A program made the translations under genes and the position numbers. The notes under the pieces were generated by a model. That model saw only the letters and a program-made list of their open reading frames with translations. It searched no databases and was not told where the DNA came from. Of a stretch of 64,000 bases of DNA, positions 1-8,303 are shown one piece after another. The stretch lies in the IMG/VR virus record IMGVR_UViG_3300008262_003982; one strand, 5' to 3'. How positions within the stretch are numbered: position 1 is the first letter of the stretch; the number at the start of each line of letters is the position of its first letter. The DNA comes from a virus (taxonomy: Duplodnaviria > Heunggongvirae > Uroviricota > Caudoviricetes).

Positions 1-171
1 GACACCTTTGAAGAGTTCCTTGAGCAGGCTGATGGGTGTGGTGCTGAGTTCTACTACATCATGAAAGATGGCGTGTGGTATGTTGGTACTACATACGAAA
101 ACACCCACCCCCTTAGCAAGCGCCTAACTCTGTTGAGCGAGGCTCTGCAGGCAGAAACGGTTGACCAATAA
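1..171 (+). CDS. 3' end of hypothetical protein (runs off the window start)
   Basis: Frame 1 is open from base 1 (DTFEEFLEQADGCGAEFYYIMKDGVWYVG...) to TAA at 169-171. Confidence 0.7.
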   Translation, partial: DTFEEFLEQADGCGAEFYYIMKDGVWYVGTTYENTHPLSKRLTLLSEALQAETVDQ

Positions 172-189
172 TTGCCAAAATGCTATAAT
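161..189 (+). promoter_or_regulatory. sigma70-type early promoter
   Basis: TTGACC, 17 bp spacer, TATAAT with extended -10 TG. Confidence 0.8.
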
Positions 190-219
190 ATGGACATGTT
201 AAGCAAAAAGGAGTTCAAA

Positions 220-465
220 ATGGAAATTGAAATTGAATACAACTTGACAGGCGGCATCAAAGACTATGCTATGTTCACCGAACTTGGCAACGCCGCAGTT
301 CATGCCGTGGTTGTGTCGGCTCGTGAAAACAAACTCACCTGGCCCCAGACTTATCGTGCCTTGTGTGCATTGAGTGAGCAGGCAGAATTTGGCGAAGCCA
401 CCGACACTGCTGTGCGCGAATGTGTGTACTCCGCCCTGGGTTTCCGCACACCTTTTTATTGCTAA
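220..465 (+). CDS. hypothetical protein
   Basis: ATG at 220 after AGGAG RBS and promoter; the ORF-track start at 172 lies inside the promoter. Confidence 0.75.
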   Translation: MEIEIEYNLTGGIKDYAMFTELGNAAVHAVVVSARENKLTWPQTYRALCALSEQAEFGEATDTAVRECVYSALGFRTPFYC

Positions 466-475
466 GGAGCAGAAC

Positions 476-1267
476 ATGATGGCAGGTTTTATTGACGTCA
501 CTGGCTGGAGCACTCGAGAAGTGCAACGTCTAGGTCATGCTGATGATGACACCCCTGATGAGCTTCGCCCACGTCGTGGCGCACGCCGTTCTGTGCAAGT
601 CACACCCGGTGGCGGGCATCCTGGCTATGCTGTAGAAAATGTGTGGGCCGCTGCCTGTGCCGCTCAACGCATCAATGGTGAGTACCTGAAAGAGGGTCGC
701 AACATCATGGGTGAGCAAGGCGAAGTGCTGAGTACCACGCCACGTAACCGTGATGTCATGTTGCAATTCCTGCATCACCCTGAATGCCTGTTGCCAGAAG
801 ATATTGCACAAGGTGCGGAGTGCCAGAATTTCCTGCGCAATGATCTTACCTTCCGTGCGCTCAAGGGTCAGCTGAATGACTTTGATCAATCCACTCAGAA
901 GGTGCTGGCAGTAACAGATCGCTTCTTTCCGCAACAACATCGATATGAACTGGCAGTGATTGCCTGCTTGCCCCAAAGCCATCTGCGCAGTATGGCTCGT
1001 CAAGAACAGCAAGCCCGCTTGAAGAAAGCAACTGGTGGCACAGTTGGCTCCGTGGGTGACAAGGTAGGCATGGATGTAGAAGTGGTGAGTGCCAGTTACA
1101 GCCAGAACTTCAACATCTACTGGGTCAATGCTGTGAATGACGCTGATCAGCCGGTGTTCTTTAGTTACAAGGTCGCACTCAAGGCCGGTGATCGTCATAC
1201 CATTACTGGTACTGTCAAGGGCTACCGCGATGGTAAAACTCAACTGAACCGTGTTAAAATTGTATAA
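476..1267 (+). CDS. hypothetical protein, possible C-terminal OB-fold-like beta domain
   Basis: AAGGAG RBS before ATG 476; alternating beta pattern at C-terminus (HTITGTVKGYRDGKTQLNRVKIV). Confidence 0.7.
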   Translation: MMAGFIDVTGWSTREVQRLGHADDDTPDELRPRRGARRSVQVTPGGGHPGYAVENVWAAACAAQRINGEYLKEGRNIMGEQGEVLSTTPRNRDVMLQFLHHPECLLPEDIAQGAECQNFLRNDLTFRALKGQLNDFDQSTQKVLAVTDRFFPQQHRYELAVIACLPQSHLRSMARQEQQARLKKATGGTVGSVGDKVGMDVEVVSASYSQNFNIYWVNAVNDADQPVFFSYKVALKAGDRHTITGTVKGYRDGKTQLNRVKIV

Positions 1268-1276
1268 GGAAACATC

Positions 1277-1405
1277 ATGAGCAAACTCATAATTGGATTC
1301 ATTTTAGGCTTGGTGGTCAGTGCTGTCGGCTTTTCGGGCATTGCTCGAATGTTTGACAAAGGTGTGCAAACCATCCAAACCCAAAGCAAGGAACTGGCCC
1401 AGTGA
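1277..1405 (+). CDS. small membrane or secreted protein (42 aa, below ORF-track cutoff)
   Basis: AAGGA RBS; MSKLIIGFILGLVVSAVGFSGIARMFDKG..., one hydrophobic helix. Confidence 0.65.
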   Translation: MSKLIIGFILGLVVSAVGFSGIARMFDKGVQTIQTQSKELAQ

Positions 1406-1441
1406 TTTGGGCAAATCAAATCAAAATTATTGCAAAAGTGG

Positions 1442-1470
1442 TTGACCAGAATCTGCTCTTTTGCTATAAT
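1442..1470 (+). promoter_or_regulatory. sigma70-type early promoter
   Basis: TTGACC-17-TATAAT with TG extension. Confidence 0.8.
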
Positions 1471-1538
1471 ATTGATATGTTGAGCAGCGATGCAAAACAT
1501 TTTTTAAACTCTGTAAGTAAACTTTGAAAGGCAACATT

Positions 1539-1895
1539 ATGTCCGCAACTGAAAAAACTTTTACCGTGGCTGGTACCGCAATCAACGCCGATGGCACCGT
1601 TAAGGCTCGTTTTGCAAACGACCTGGTAGCCCGCATCAAGATCCTAAACAAGGCTGGATGCACTGAGATCAACTTGGTTGAGTTGCCCCGTGCAATGACC
1701 AAGATAGAAGCTCTGCAACACTTGCAGACCCTGGGTATCACCGAAGGTGATGCCGGCTACGTGGTAGCCAACAAGCTGGCCGAACGTGCCAAAGTCGCCA
1801 AGAAAGGCGAAGTCAAAGTGGCTGCTAAAGGTGTCAAAGCCAAAGCCACCAAGTCTGTTACTGCCGAGCAATTGGTTGAGGCTGCCAAAGCCTGA
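1539..1895 (+). CDS. hypothetical protein with Lys/Ala-rich C-terminal tail
   Basis: GAAAGG RBS; own promoter and terminator; tail KVAKKGEVKVAAKGVKAKATK. Confidence 0.8.
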   Translation: MSATEKTFTVAGTAINADGTVKARFANDLVARIKILNKAGCTEINLVELPRAMTKIEALQHLQTLGITEGDAGYVVANKLAERAKVAKKGEVKVAAKGVKAKATKSVTAEQLVEAAKA

Positions 1896-1914
1896 TAGTA
1901 CACAGCACAAAAAC

Positions 1915-1942
1915 AGCGGCTCGAATTGGGCCGCTTTTTTTT
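1915..1942 (+). terminator. rho-independent terminator
   Basis: AGCGGC...GCCGCT stem followed by a T run. Confidence 0.8.
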
Positions 1943-1961
1943 ATTTGTGCTAATTAATACT

Positions 1962-2219
1962 ATGCAAGACGAAGACGACAAAGTCTACCATTATGCAAAG
2001 AACATGCTGTTGGAGATCATGGCAGTGCTGTATGTTAATGGCCGACGAACCATGCATGTGGGTGCCGCTATGAGACTCATGGGTGTAGACGATGAAACTG
2101 CCAGCAAACATGATTCAGAGCGCATCGAAATAGAAGAAAATTTTGGTGAGATTGCCGCGCAATTAAATATTGTTGAACGCCTAGCACCGCAAATTCCCAA
2201 AGGTGCCATAATCCACTAA
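1962..2219 (+). CDS. hypothetical protein
   Basis: ORF; ATG 1962 chosen because the TTG at 1926 lies inside the terminator. Confidence 0.65.
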   Translation: MQDEDDKVYHYAKNMLLEIMAVLYVNGRRTMHVGAAMRLMGVDDETASKHDSERIEIEENFGEIAAQLNIVERLAPQIPKGAIIH

Positions 2220-2465
2220 ATGTCTATAACTCAGTTTCGTACAGCCGAACCGCTGTACATTGTGATTGTACGAAACAACAATCAAGCAGAAAGCCAGCTC
2301 AAGGCTTGGATCAAAGAACATAGAGTTGATCACGCCACCGTGTCAGGCAATCGAATGATGCTACATCATCAACAAGCGTTTGATAGATTTTTAATTTCGT
2401 GGACACACAATTGGGACGCAGTGACAGTATGGGACACTTGGAACCGGCGCCACATCTACATCTAG
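2220..2465 (+). CDS. hypothetical protein
   Basis: ORF abutting the previous stop codon. Confidence 0.7.
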   Translation: MSITQFRTAEPLYIVIVRNNNQAESQLKAWIKEHRVDHATVSGNRMMLHHQQAFDRFLISWTHNWDAVTVWDTWNRRHIYI

Positions 2466-2492
2466 GTGGAGTGCCAAAACTCCAAGTTTTTC

Positions 2493-2521
2493 TTGACATT
2501 GTGAGACGCACAATGTATAAT
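2493..2521 (+). promoter_or_regulatory. sigma70 promoter with internal 8-bp inverted repeat
   Basis: TTGACA-17-TATAAT; ACATTGTG (2496-2503) and CACAATGT (2509-2516). Confidence 0.85.
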
Positions 2522-2545
2522 TAGTATTTTACAAAGGAAACATCT

Positions 2546-2731
2546 ATGACCAATCATGAACAACTCAAAACCGCTTTCGAAACTTATATTTCAGAGAACG
2601 AAAAATTTACTGGCAAGGGTGTGAAAGCCGCTGCCGCTCGTGCCCGCAAGGCCTTGCAAGAGATGAGCAAAGCCATCAAAGAGCGCCGTAAAGAAATTAC
2701 CGCTGAGAAAGAAGCACTAGCCGCAAAATGA
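2546..2731 (+). CDS. histone H1-like protein, Hc1 family
   Basis: KGVKAAAARARKALQEMSKAIKERRKE resembles the Chlamydia HctA core KGNKAAAQRVRTES..YRKE; AAGGA RBS. Confidence 0.75.
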   Translation: MTNHEQLKTAFETYISENEKFTGKGVKAAAARARKALQEMSKAIKERRKEITAEKEALAAK

Positions 2732-2916
2732 CCAAGGATAAGGAACAGCAATTACATAAACCACATGAGGAATCTTGGCCCATGTTTATGTCCCGAGAGC
2801 AACGCGAGCAATTGATTCAAAACAAATTTGCTCGGGCTCACCATTATAGTAAACTTCGAGGAGAACATCATGTACGAAGCAACCATACAGGAAACATCTT
2901 ACAGAACAGCAGGTGA
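2728..2916 (+). CDS. hypothetical protein
   Basis: ATGA overlap with the Hc1 stop; overlaps the start of the next gene. Confidence 0.45.
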   Translation: MTKDKEQQLHKPHEESWPMFMSREQREQLIQNKFARAHHYSKLRGEHHVRSNHTGNILQNSR

Positions 2917-3565
2917 AGTCAATTCGGCCATGTTGCGTGTGTACAATCATATGCTCATGGCCATTGTGACCAGTGCCGTAGTAGCTGGATTAGTAGCATC
3001 CAGTCCAGCCGCAATGGCATTCTTTTTCACTGGAGTGATGAAATGGATCACGCTGTTCTTGCCCTTGGTAGCAGTATTTGGAGTTAGTTATGCACTGGCC
3101 AACAACCCACCACACCGAGTGGCTGTGGGACTGTTGCATGGATTCGCAGGTGTAATGGGCCTGAGCATGGGCGCCATTGTGCATGTTTATACCACAGGTA
3201 GTTTGGTAATGGCGTTTGCTTCAAGTGCCATTCTGTTTGCTACCATGAGTTTTTACGGATACTTTACCAAACGCAGTTTGGAGAGCTTTGGGCAATTTTT
3301 GATCATAGGACTTGTTGCCATAATCATTGCAAGTATTGTGAACATCTTTATTGGCAGTTCAGTGATGACCATGGTTATCTCTGCCATTGCGATCATTATA
3401 TTCCTGGGCCTCACAGCCTACGACACACAACAAATCCGTGAAATGGTATCCACAGATGACGCAGATACACCTGCAGAAATCTTAGGTGCGCTCACATTGT
3501 ACATGGACTTCATCAACATTTTTGTGAACCTACTGCAACTGTTTGGCATCAAAAATGATGACTAG
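2870..3565 (+). CDS. Bax inhibitor-1 / YccA family membrane protein
   Basis: About 7 TM helices; MLRVYNHM, LTAYDTQQI and GALTLYMDFINIF motifs; GAGGAG RBS. Confidence 0.92.
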   Translation: MYEATIQETSYRTAGEVNSAMLRVYNHMLMAIVTSAVVAGLVASSPAAMAFFFTGVMKWITLFLPLVAVFGVSYALANNPPHRVAVGLLHGFAGVMGLSMGAIVHVYTTGSLVMAFASSAILFATMSFYGYFTKRSLESFGQFLIIGLVAIIIASIVNIFIGSSVMTMVISAIAIIIFLGLTAYDTQQIREMVSTDDADTPAEILGALTLYMDFINIFVNLLQLFGIKNDD

Positions 3566-3722
3566 GACTGTACAGGTAATTGAGGATCCCAACAACCCTG
3601 AAGAACTGTTGTTGGATCTTGGCACTGAATTGTGCGCCGAACTAGGCTGGGCCGTAGGCGACACCGTTCAGTGGATTGACAACAAAGACGGAACATGGCA
3701 ACTTATAAAAACGACTGGGTAA
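3555..3722 (+). CDS. AbrB/MazE/SpoVT-like small DNA-binding protein (missed by ORF track)
   Basis: MMTRTVQVIEDPNNPEELLLDLGTELCAELGWAVGDTVQWIDNKDGTWQL; LGW.xGD.v swapped-hairpin pattern. Confidence 0.65.
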   Translation: MMTRTVQVIEDPNNPEELLLDLGTELCAELGWAVGDTVQWIDNKDGTWQLIKTTG

Positions 3723-4231
3723 ACCTCAACCTCAAAGAATACGAATATAACGACCTAACAACCGACCCTTCTTACGGTGCTATTCCCCCATTGGTAAGTG
3801 CATTTGATGCAAATACCATGCCAACTGTAATCATAAGTGATACCACCAACATCACTGGCGGATACACCATTGGTGGACTCAACGGTGCCACTGGCTCCAA
3901 CACTGTTTGGACCACAAACAACACAACCACAGGCAGTTTTACAATTGGTGCAAATTACAGTGCAGTAGGATCTACGATTGAACAAGGTGGCAAGATGAGT
4001 CTTAGAGGGGACAAAGCTGATCTTGACATCAATGGCAAGAGTCTTAAAGACTGGATGGAAAAGGTTGAAGAACGCCTGAACATTCTCACACCAAATCCTG
4101 AACTGGAACGAGAGTGGGATGATCTGCGCCGACTGGGAGAACGCTATCGCAAGCTGGAAAAGAAATGCAAGGAAAAAGCAGAAGTATGGAACAAACTAAA
4201 AGCAATGCCCAAGCCGGAGGTCAAATGGTAA
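3695..4231 (+). CDS. hypothetical protein with Thr/Gly-rich middle and coiled-coil C-terminus
   Basis: ORF with GGA RBS. Confidence 0.7.
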   Translation: MATYKNDWVNLNLKEYEYNDLTTDPSYGAIPPLVSAFDANTMPTVIISDTTNITGGYTIGGLNGATGSNTVWTTNNTTTGSFTIGANYSAVGSTIEQGGKMSLRGDKADLDINGKSLKDWMEKVEERLNILTPNPELEREWDDLRRLGERYRKLEKKCKEKAEVWNKLKAMPKPEVKW

Positions 4232-5037
4232 CACCAAAGCAACGTATCAAGCACATTGTAAAATGGATCCGACAATACGCAACAAAAAACAAGATCTCTA
4301 CACTAGTTGTAGGGATCTCAGGTGGGATTGACTCATCTGTTGTGAGTGCATTATGCGCCGAAACAGGACTCACAACCATTGTGGTGCAAATGCCCATCCG
4401 CCAAAACAAGAAGCTGGACAATCGCAGTTCAATGCAGGCTACCTGGTTGATGGAACGCTACAAAAACGTCACACACATGAGCATGGATTTGACGTCTGTG
4501 TTCTCTGCGTTTGAAAAGAAAACTGTGCCATTTTGTGATGCAGAAAATGCATCACAAGTTGAACTGGCTTTTGCCAACTCACGTGCTAGATTGCGTATGA
4601 TGACCTTGTACCAAATTGCACAATGCCATGGTGGTATTGTAGTAGGCACCGGCAACCGAGTGGAAGACTTTGGTGTGGGCTTCTTTACCAAGTATGGTGA
4701 TGGTGGTGTGGATATCAGCCCCATCGGCGACTGCATGAAAACAGAAGTATGGGATATGGGTAGAGAGTTTGGGCTGCCACAAGAAATCATTGATGCCGCA
4801 CCCACCGACGGCTTGTGGGATGATGGGCGCACAGACGAAGGTCAACTGGGCATGAGCTACCCAGATCTTGAGCGCATGATGGCCTTGGACTTTTTGCAAC
4901 GATGCAAGGCTGTGGACTCCGACATGCCTGGCAGCGCCAAATTGTCAGCAGATGATAGAAAAAAACTCAAGCGGTACCAAGACATTCGTGCTAGAAACAT
5001 GCACAAGATGCTGCCAATACCGGTCTGCAAGTTTTGA
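4225..5037 (+). CDS. nadE: NH3-dependent NAD+ synthetase
   Basis: GISGGIDS PP-loop, NSRARLRM, GTGN, FFTKYGDGG and PTDGLW..RTDEGQLG motifs; GGAGG RBS. Confidence 0.95.
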   Translation: MVTPKQRIKHIVKWIRQYATKNKISTLVVGISGGIDSSVVSALCAETGLTTIVVQMPIRQNKKLDNRSSMQATWLMERYKNVTHMSMDLTSVFSAFEKKTVPFCDAENASQVELAFANSRARLRMMTLYQIAQCHGGIVVGTGNRVEDFGVGFFTKYGDGGVDISPIGDCMKTEVWDMGREFGLPQEIIDAAPTDGLWDDGRTDEGQLGMSYPDLERMMALDFLQRCKAVDSDMPGSAKLSADDRKKLKRYQDIRARNMHKMLPIPVCKF

Positions 5038-5124
5038 TAGTTAACTGCGCCGTTTGTTTAAAAACGGCACCATTTTGGCCCGGTAATTCCGGTGATAGCA
5101 ACCATTCCAGTAAGTAAAACTACC

Positions 5125-5700
5125 ATGAAAGAAAAAACTATCTCTCTCAACAGGTGGGCCACATGGAGCTCACGCATCCTGAAAGCCCTAGGCTTCTGGT
5201 TGGTCGTTGCCACTGTGATTGCAGTGTGTCAAAGCCGACTGGATGCCTTGCGCGAACAAACAGGAAATCTACCAGCAGGCTATGTGTCTGCTGCCGAGCG
5301 CACTCGACAACTGGACTGCCTTACCCGTAACATCTACTGGGAAGCAGCCTCAGAGCCTTTTGAAGGCAAAGTGGCAGTGGCTCAAGTCACAATGAACCGT
5401 GTGGAATCTGGACGTTTTCCTGATTCCGTGTGTGGCGTGGTTTATCAAAAAAATGTGTTTTATGAAAAGGTAGTATGCCAGTTCTCCTGGTACTGCGAAA
5501 CCAATCACAAAACACGAGCAGTTTATACTCCACTGTGGCGCGAAAGCGAAGAAGTGGCCAAGAAGGTGCTGTTGGAAAACTTCCGATTGCCTGGCTTGAA
5601 AAACGCCCTATATTATCATGCAGACTATGTGAATCCCAACTGGGGCAAACCGCGTATTGAAAAGATTGGCCGACACATTTTTTACGGAGATAAACGATGA
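5125..5700 (+). CDS. cell wall hydrolase, SleB/CwlJ (Hydrolase_2) family, with N-terminal TM
   Basis: CLTRNIYWEAASE, VAQVTMNRV, VCGVVYQ, CQFSW and YYHADYVNPNW...IGRHIFY. Confidence 0.92.
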   Translation: MKEKTISLNRWATWSSRILKALGFWLVVATVIAVCQSRLDALREQTGNLPAGYVSAAERTRQLDCLTRNIYWEAASEPFEGKVAVAQVTMNRVESGRFPDSVCGVVYQKNVFYEKVVCQFSWYCETNHKTRAVYTPLWRESEEVAKKVLLENFRLPGLKNALYYHADYVNPNWGKPRIEKIGRHIFYGDKR

Positions 5701-6011
5701 AATTTGACTTGCAACACACAGCCGAAATCCTGCAACTTTGGCTGAAAGATCACTTGCCAAAAATCTCCGCAGAAACACTAGGTTGGCTAGCGGCCATTGT
5801 GATTCATGCCGCAACCATTCCCACACTTTTGGCGCTGATGACCGGACTTAGTGATCGCACACCCAGTTTGGACATTGTGCTGTTTATGTGGGCCGGCCTG
5901 GTCCTGCTGTTCTTACGGGCAGTGGTGCTCAAAGACATGCTCAACATCATCACAGTGGGTGCAGGATTCATTGTGCAAGCGGTTTTGATGGCCTTAATAC
6001 TTTTTAAGTAA
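5697..6011 (+). CDS. small multi-TM membrane protein
   Basis: Three hydrophobic segments; ATGA overlap with upstream gene. Confidence 0.75.
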   Translation: MKFDLQHTAEILQLWLKDHLPKISAETLGWLAAIVIHAATIPTLLALMTGLSDRTPSLDIVLFMWAGLVLLFLRAVVLKDMLNIITVGAGFIVQAVLMALILFK

Positions 6012-6040
6012 TTGACCAATAAATCAGGATATGCTATACT
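6012..6040 (+). promoter_or_regulatory. sigma70 promoter
   Basis: TTGACC-17-TATACT; the ATG is only 6 nt downstream. Confidence 0.75.
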
Positions 6041-6046
6041 GCATGC

Positions 6047-6277
6047 ATGATTAAGATTTCTGCAAGCCGCCCCCACAAAACACTGCGTCAAAATGATTCA
6101 GATTTCACATTCTCGCCCGATGGCATTCGAGTAGTGCCTAGGGCTGGATTTGAAGTTAGTAATCATTGTCCTGCACAATATAAACAAGTCATTGCAGAAT
6201 GCATCAACAACGGCTGGCTCAAGCCTGTTGCTCACATGCGAGATGTTGAGTACACCATGGAACTCCTACGCAAATGA
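6047..6277 (+). CDS. hypothetical protein
   Basis: ORF directly after the promoter. Confidence 0.7.
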   Translation: MIKISASRPHKTLRQNDSDFTFSPDGIRVVPRAGFEVSNHCPAQYKQVIAECINNGWLKPVAHMRDVEYTMELLRK

Positions 6278-6456
6278 TACGTGACACATTGATAATGCTG
6301 GCTGTGGTTGCTCTGGCCATTTTGATGTTTGTTTTTATTGTGTGGAGTAATTCCTTGCAATCAAGTGAACGCAGGATTGACTGCACTTGGAGCGAAATCA
6401 GCCCTGATTTTTCAACTGCCATGCGCGAAGCATGTAGAAAGGCCAGAAGCAAATGA
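6274..6456 (+). CDS. small membrane-anchored protein
   Basis: N-terminal TM, two Cys; ATGA overlap. Confidence 0.65.
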   Translation: MIRDTLIMLAVVALAILMFVFIVWSNSLQSSERRIDCTWSEISPDFSTAMREACRKARSK

Positions 6457-6605
6457 TCAATGATGAAAAAGACACTGCATATTCTGCGGAGCATGACGCT
6501 TACTACAATCCAGTGATCAATGAATGGATTGACTCCAAGTGTGACGATCCCACCTGTGAATTTTGTACCACCCGCCCTGAGCGACCTTTGAAAGACCTAC
6601 CATGA
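6453..6605 (+). CDS. small Cys-rich hypothetical protein (missed by ORF track)
   Basis: MINDEKDTAYSAEHDAYY...KCDDPTCEFCTTRP; ATGA overlaps at both ends. Confidence 0.65.
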   Translation: MINDEKDTAYSAEHDAYYNPVINEWIDSKCDDPTCEFCTTRPERPLKDLP

Positions 6606-7000
6606 GCATGCACCTCCACCACCCCAGTCTCAGTCTTGGCGGCAAGCGCAAAGGCAAAGTCAAGTTTCGCAACGCCGAGGAAGCAAAAAAAGCCCGCGAG
6701 CTTGATGCTTCGTGGAAAGAACTGCAAAAGAAGTGGGAAGTGGATGCTGACCAAAAGCGCCGCACTCGTGCCATGAAAGCACCTGCACTGGACTACAAAT
6801 TGAGCACACCTATAGGCCGTCCCACAGGACACAACATTCCTAGTCGTGCTGACTCTGTGTTGGGCCCTGTGTCCAGCAAGGCAATTCCGCAGTACACTGG
6901 CACCAAGATGATTGGTGTGGGTACCATGCACAAGTCCAATGCTGTGCCCATCTTCTCAAATGAAGAAGCACATGATATAGCAACCATGCGCCGTGGCTAA
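6602..7000 (+). CDS. conserved myophage-type hypothetical basic protein
   Basis: C-terminal YTGTKMIGVGTMHKSNAVPIF motif, recalled from T4-like phages. Confidence 0.75.
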   Translation: MSMHLHHPSLSLGGKRKGKVKFRNAEEAKKARELDASWKELQKKWEVDADQKRRTRAMKAPALDYKLSTPIGRPTGHNIPSRADSVLGPVSSKAIPQYTGTKMIGVGTMHKSNAVPIFSNEEAHDIATMRRG

Positions 7001-7259
7001 CAACGACTTGTATTCAACGCCGGAAAAAAGACTAGACACCATTCTAGGTGATGCTGGCTTTTGGGTACGAATGCAAAAGTGTCGACAGTCAGAAGAAGGC
7101 AGAACGCATTGTAAAACTGATATGGATACAATAGCATGGTTCCGGGACACATACGGCATCCGGTTGTTGCCATCGGACACTCACATGAATGGATACAGTC
7201 GAGAAGTTGAGATTGTGGATGAGAAAAAGTATCTTGTATTTTTGTTAAAATTTGCATGA
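6993..7259 (+). CDS. hypothetical protein
   Basis: ORF overlapping the previous stop. Confidence 0.65.
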   Translation: MANNDLYSTPEKRLDTILGDAGFWVRMQKCRQSEEGRTHCKTDMDTIAWFRDTYGIRLLPSDTHMNGYSREVEIVDEKKYLVFLLKFA

Positions 7260-7278
7260 AATTATAGAAAGGTAAAAC

Positions 7279-7557
7279 ATGACACGCGACGAAGTCAAAA
7301 CAGTTATTTTGAGGATTTGCAAAAAACAGTACGATCTAGACATTGACAACTTTGCAGAGGATGCACCTCTTGCAGACTTGCAAAATATCAATCCCAAGAT
7401 TGATTCACTGTCTGTGATTGAAATGATATTTGATGTTGAAGATGAACTTGGCATCAAAGTAAACTCTGCTGACATGAGTCAGCCAGCTAACTTGGCAGAA
7501 ATCATTGACAGTTTGACCGAAGCTGTGAACGATCCGGTCAATCGTGTTAAAAAATGA
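7279..7557 (+). CDS. acpP: acyl carrier protein
   Basis: Acidic 92 aa protein; IDSLSVIEMIFDVEDELGI phosphopantetheine site; GAAAGG RBS. Confidence 0.88.
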   Translation: MTRDEVKTVILRICKKQYDLDIDNFAEDAPLADLQNINPKIDSLSVIEMIFDVEDELGIKVNSADMSQPANLAEIIDSLTEAVNDPVNRVKK

Positions 7558-8303
7558 TTTGGCAAGGTGATCCTGACAGAACCAAACAGGTTCTCTCAGT
7601 TCAATTGATTGTTGCGATGCTGGGCATACCAGTATTGGTATATCAATGGCATTGGTGGTACGCAATATACCTTGTGTTCTTTTACAGTTTTTTGTTGTTC
7701 ATCTCACACCATGCAGGATTGCATAGATACTTCTCACACCGCAGTTACACAGTCACTCCGTTTTGGCATGCATTTTTGTGTGTGAGTTCTTGTTTGGCCT
7801 GTTTTGGGTCACCAGTTGGTTATTCCATCATCCACCGAGCCCATCATGTACACACAGACACTGCACAAGATCCACATGCTCCAGACATTGGAATTCTCAA
7901 TGTGATACTGTTCAATTGGAACTTGTCCAATCTCAGCATGTGGGATGGCATTAGAGATCTAAGAGATCCTTGGATGAAGTTCACTCACAATTATTACGCA
8001 TTGATTGTTTTGACGTTTGCATTGGTGCTATTGGCCATTGACCCCGTATTGTTTTTGTGCTATAGTATTGCTAATGCAGGAGCATTGTTGGCCATGGGTT
8101 TTGTGAACACCGTGTGTCACACTCACGGTTTGACCACCTATCAGAATCATGCCACAAAGGATACCAGTTCAAATAGCTATCTAGCCCTAGTCATTGGAGA
8201 ATGGCACAACAATCATCATGCCAATCCACAACGGTGGAATCAACGTGAGCAGTGGTGGGAAGTTGACTATGCGGCACAATTTATTCGACTGATCAAAACA
8301 TGA
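7554..8303 (+). CDS. membrane fatty-acid desaturase (delta-9 type)
   Basis: Three His boxes (HHAGLHRYFSH, HRAHH, HNNHH) plus TM segments. Confidence 0.92.
   Translation: MIWQGDPDRTKQVLSVQLIVAMLGIPVLVYQWHWWYAIYLVFFYSFLLFISHHAGLHRYFSHRSYTVTPFWHAFLCVSSCLACFGSPVGYSIIHRAHHVHTDTAQDPHAPDIGILNVILFNWNLSNLSMWDGIRDLRDPWMKFTHNYYALIVLTFALVLLAIDPVLFLCYSIANAGALLAMGFVNTVCHTHGLTTYQNHATKDTSSNSYLALVIGEWHNNHHANPQRWNQREQWWEVDYAAQFIRLIKT

Noticed and set aside
5049-5068. GCCGTTT/AAACGGC hairpin after nadE as a terminator
   Set aside because: It has no immediate U-tract, so it cannot be supported beyond a possible hairpin
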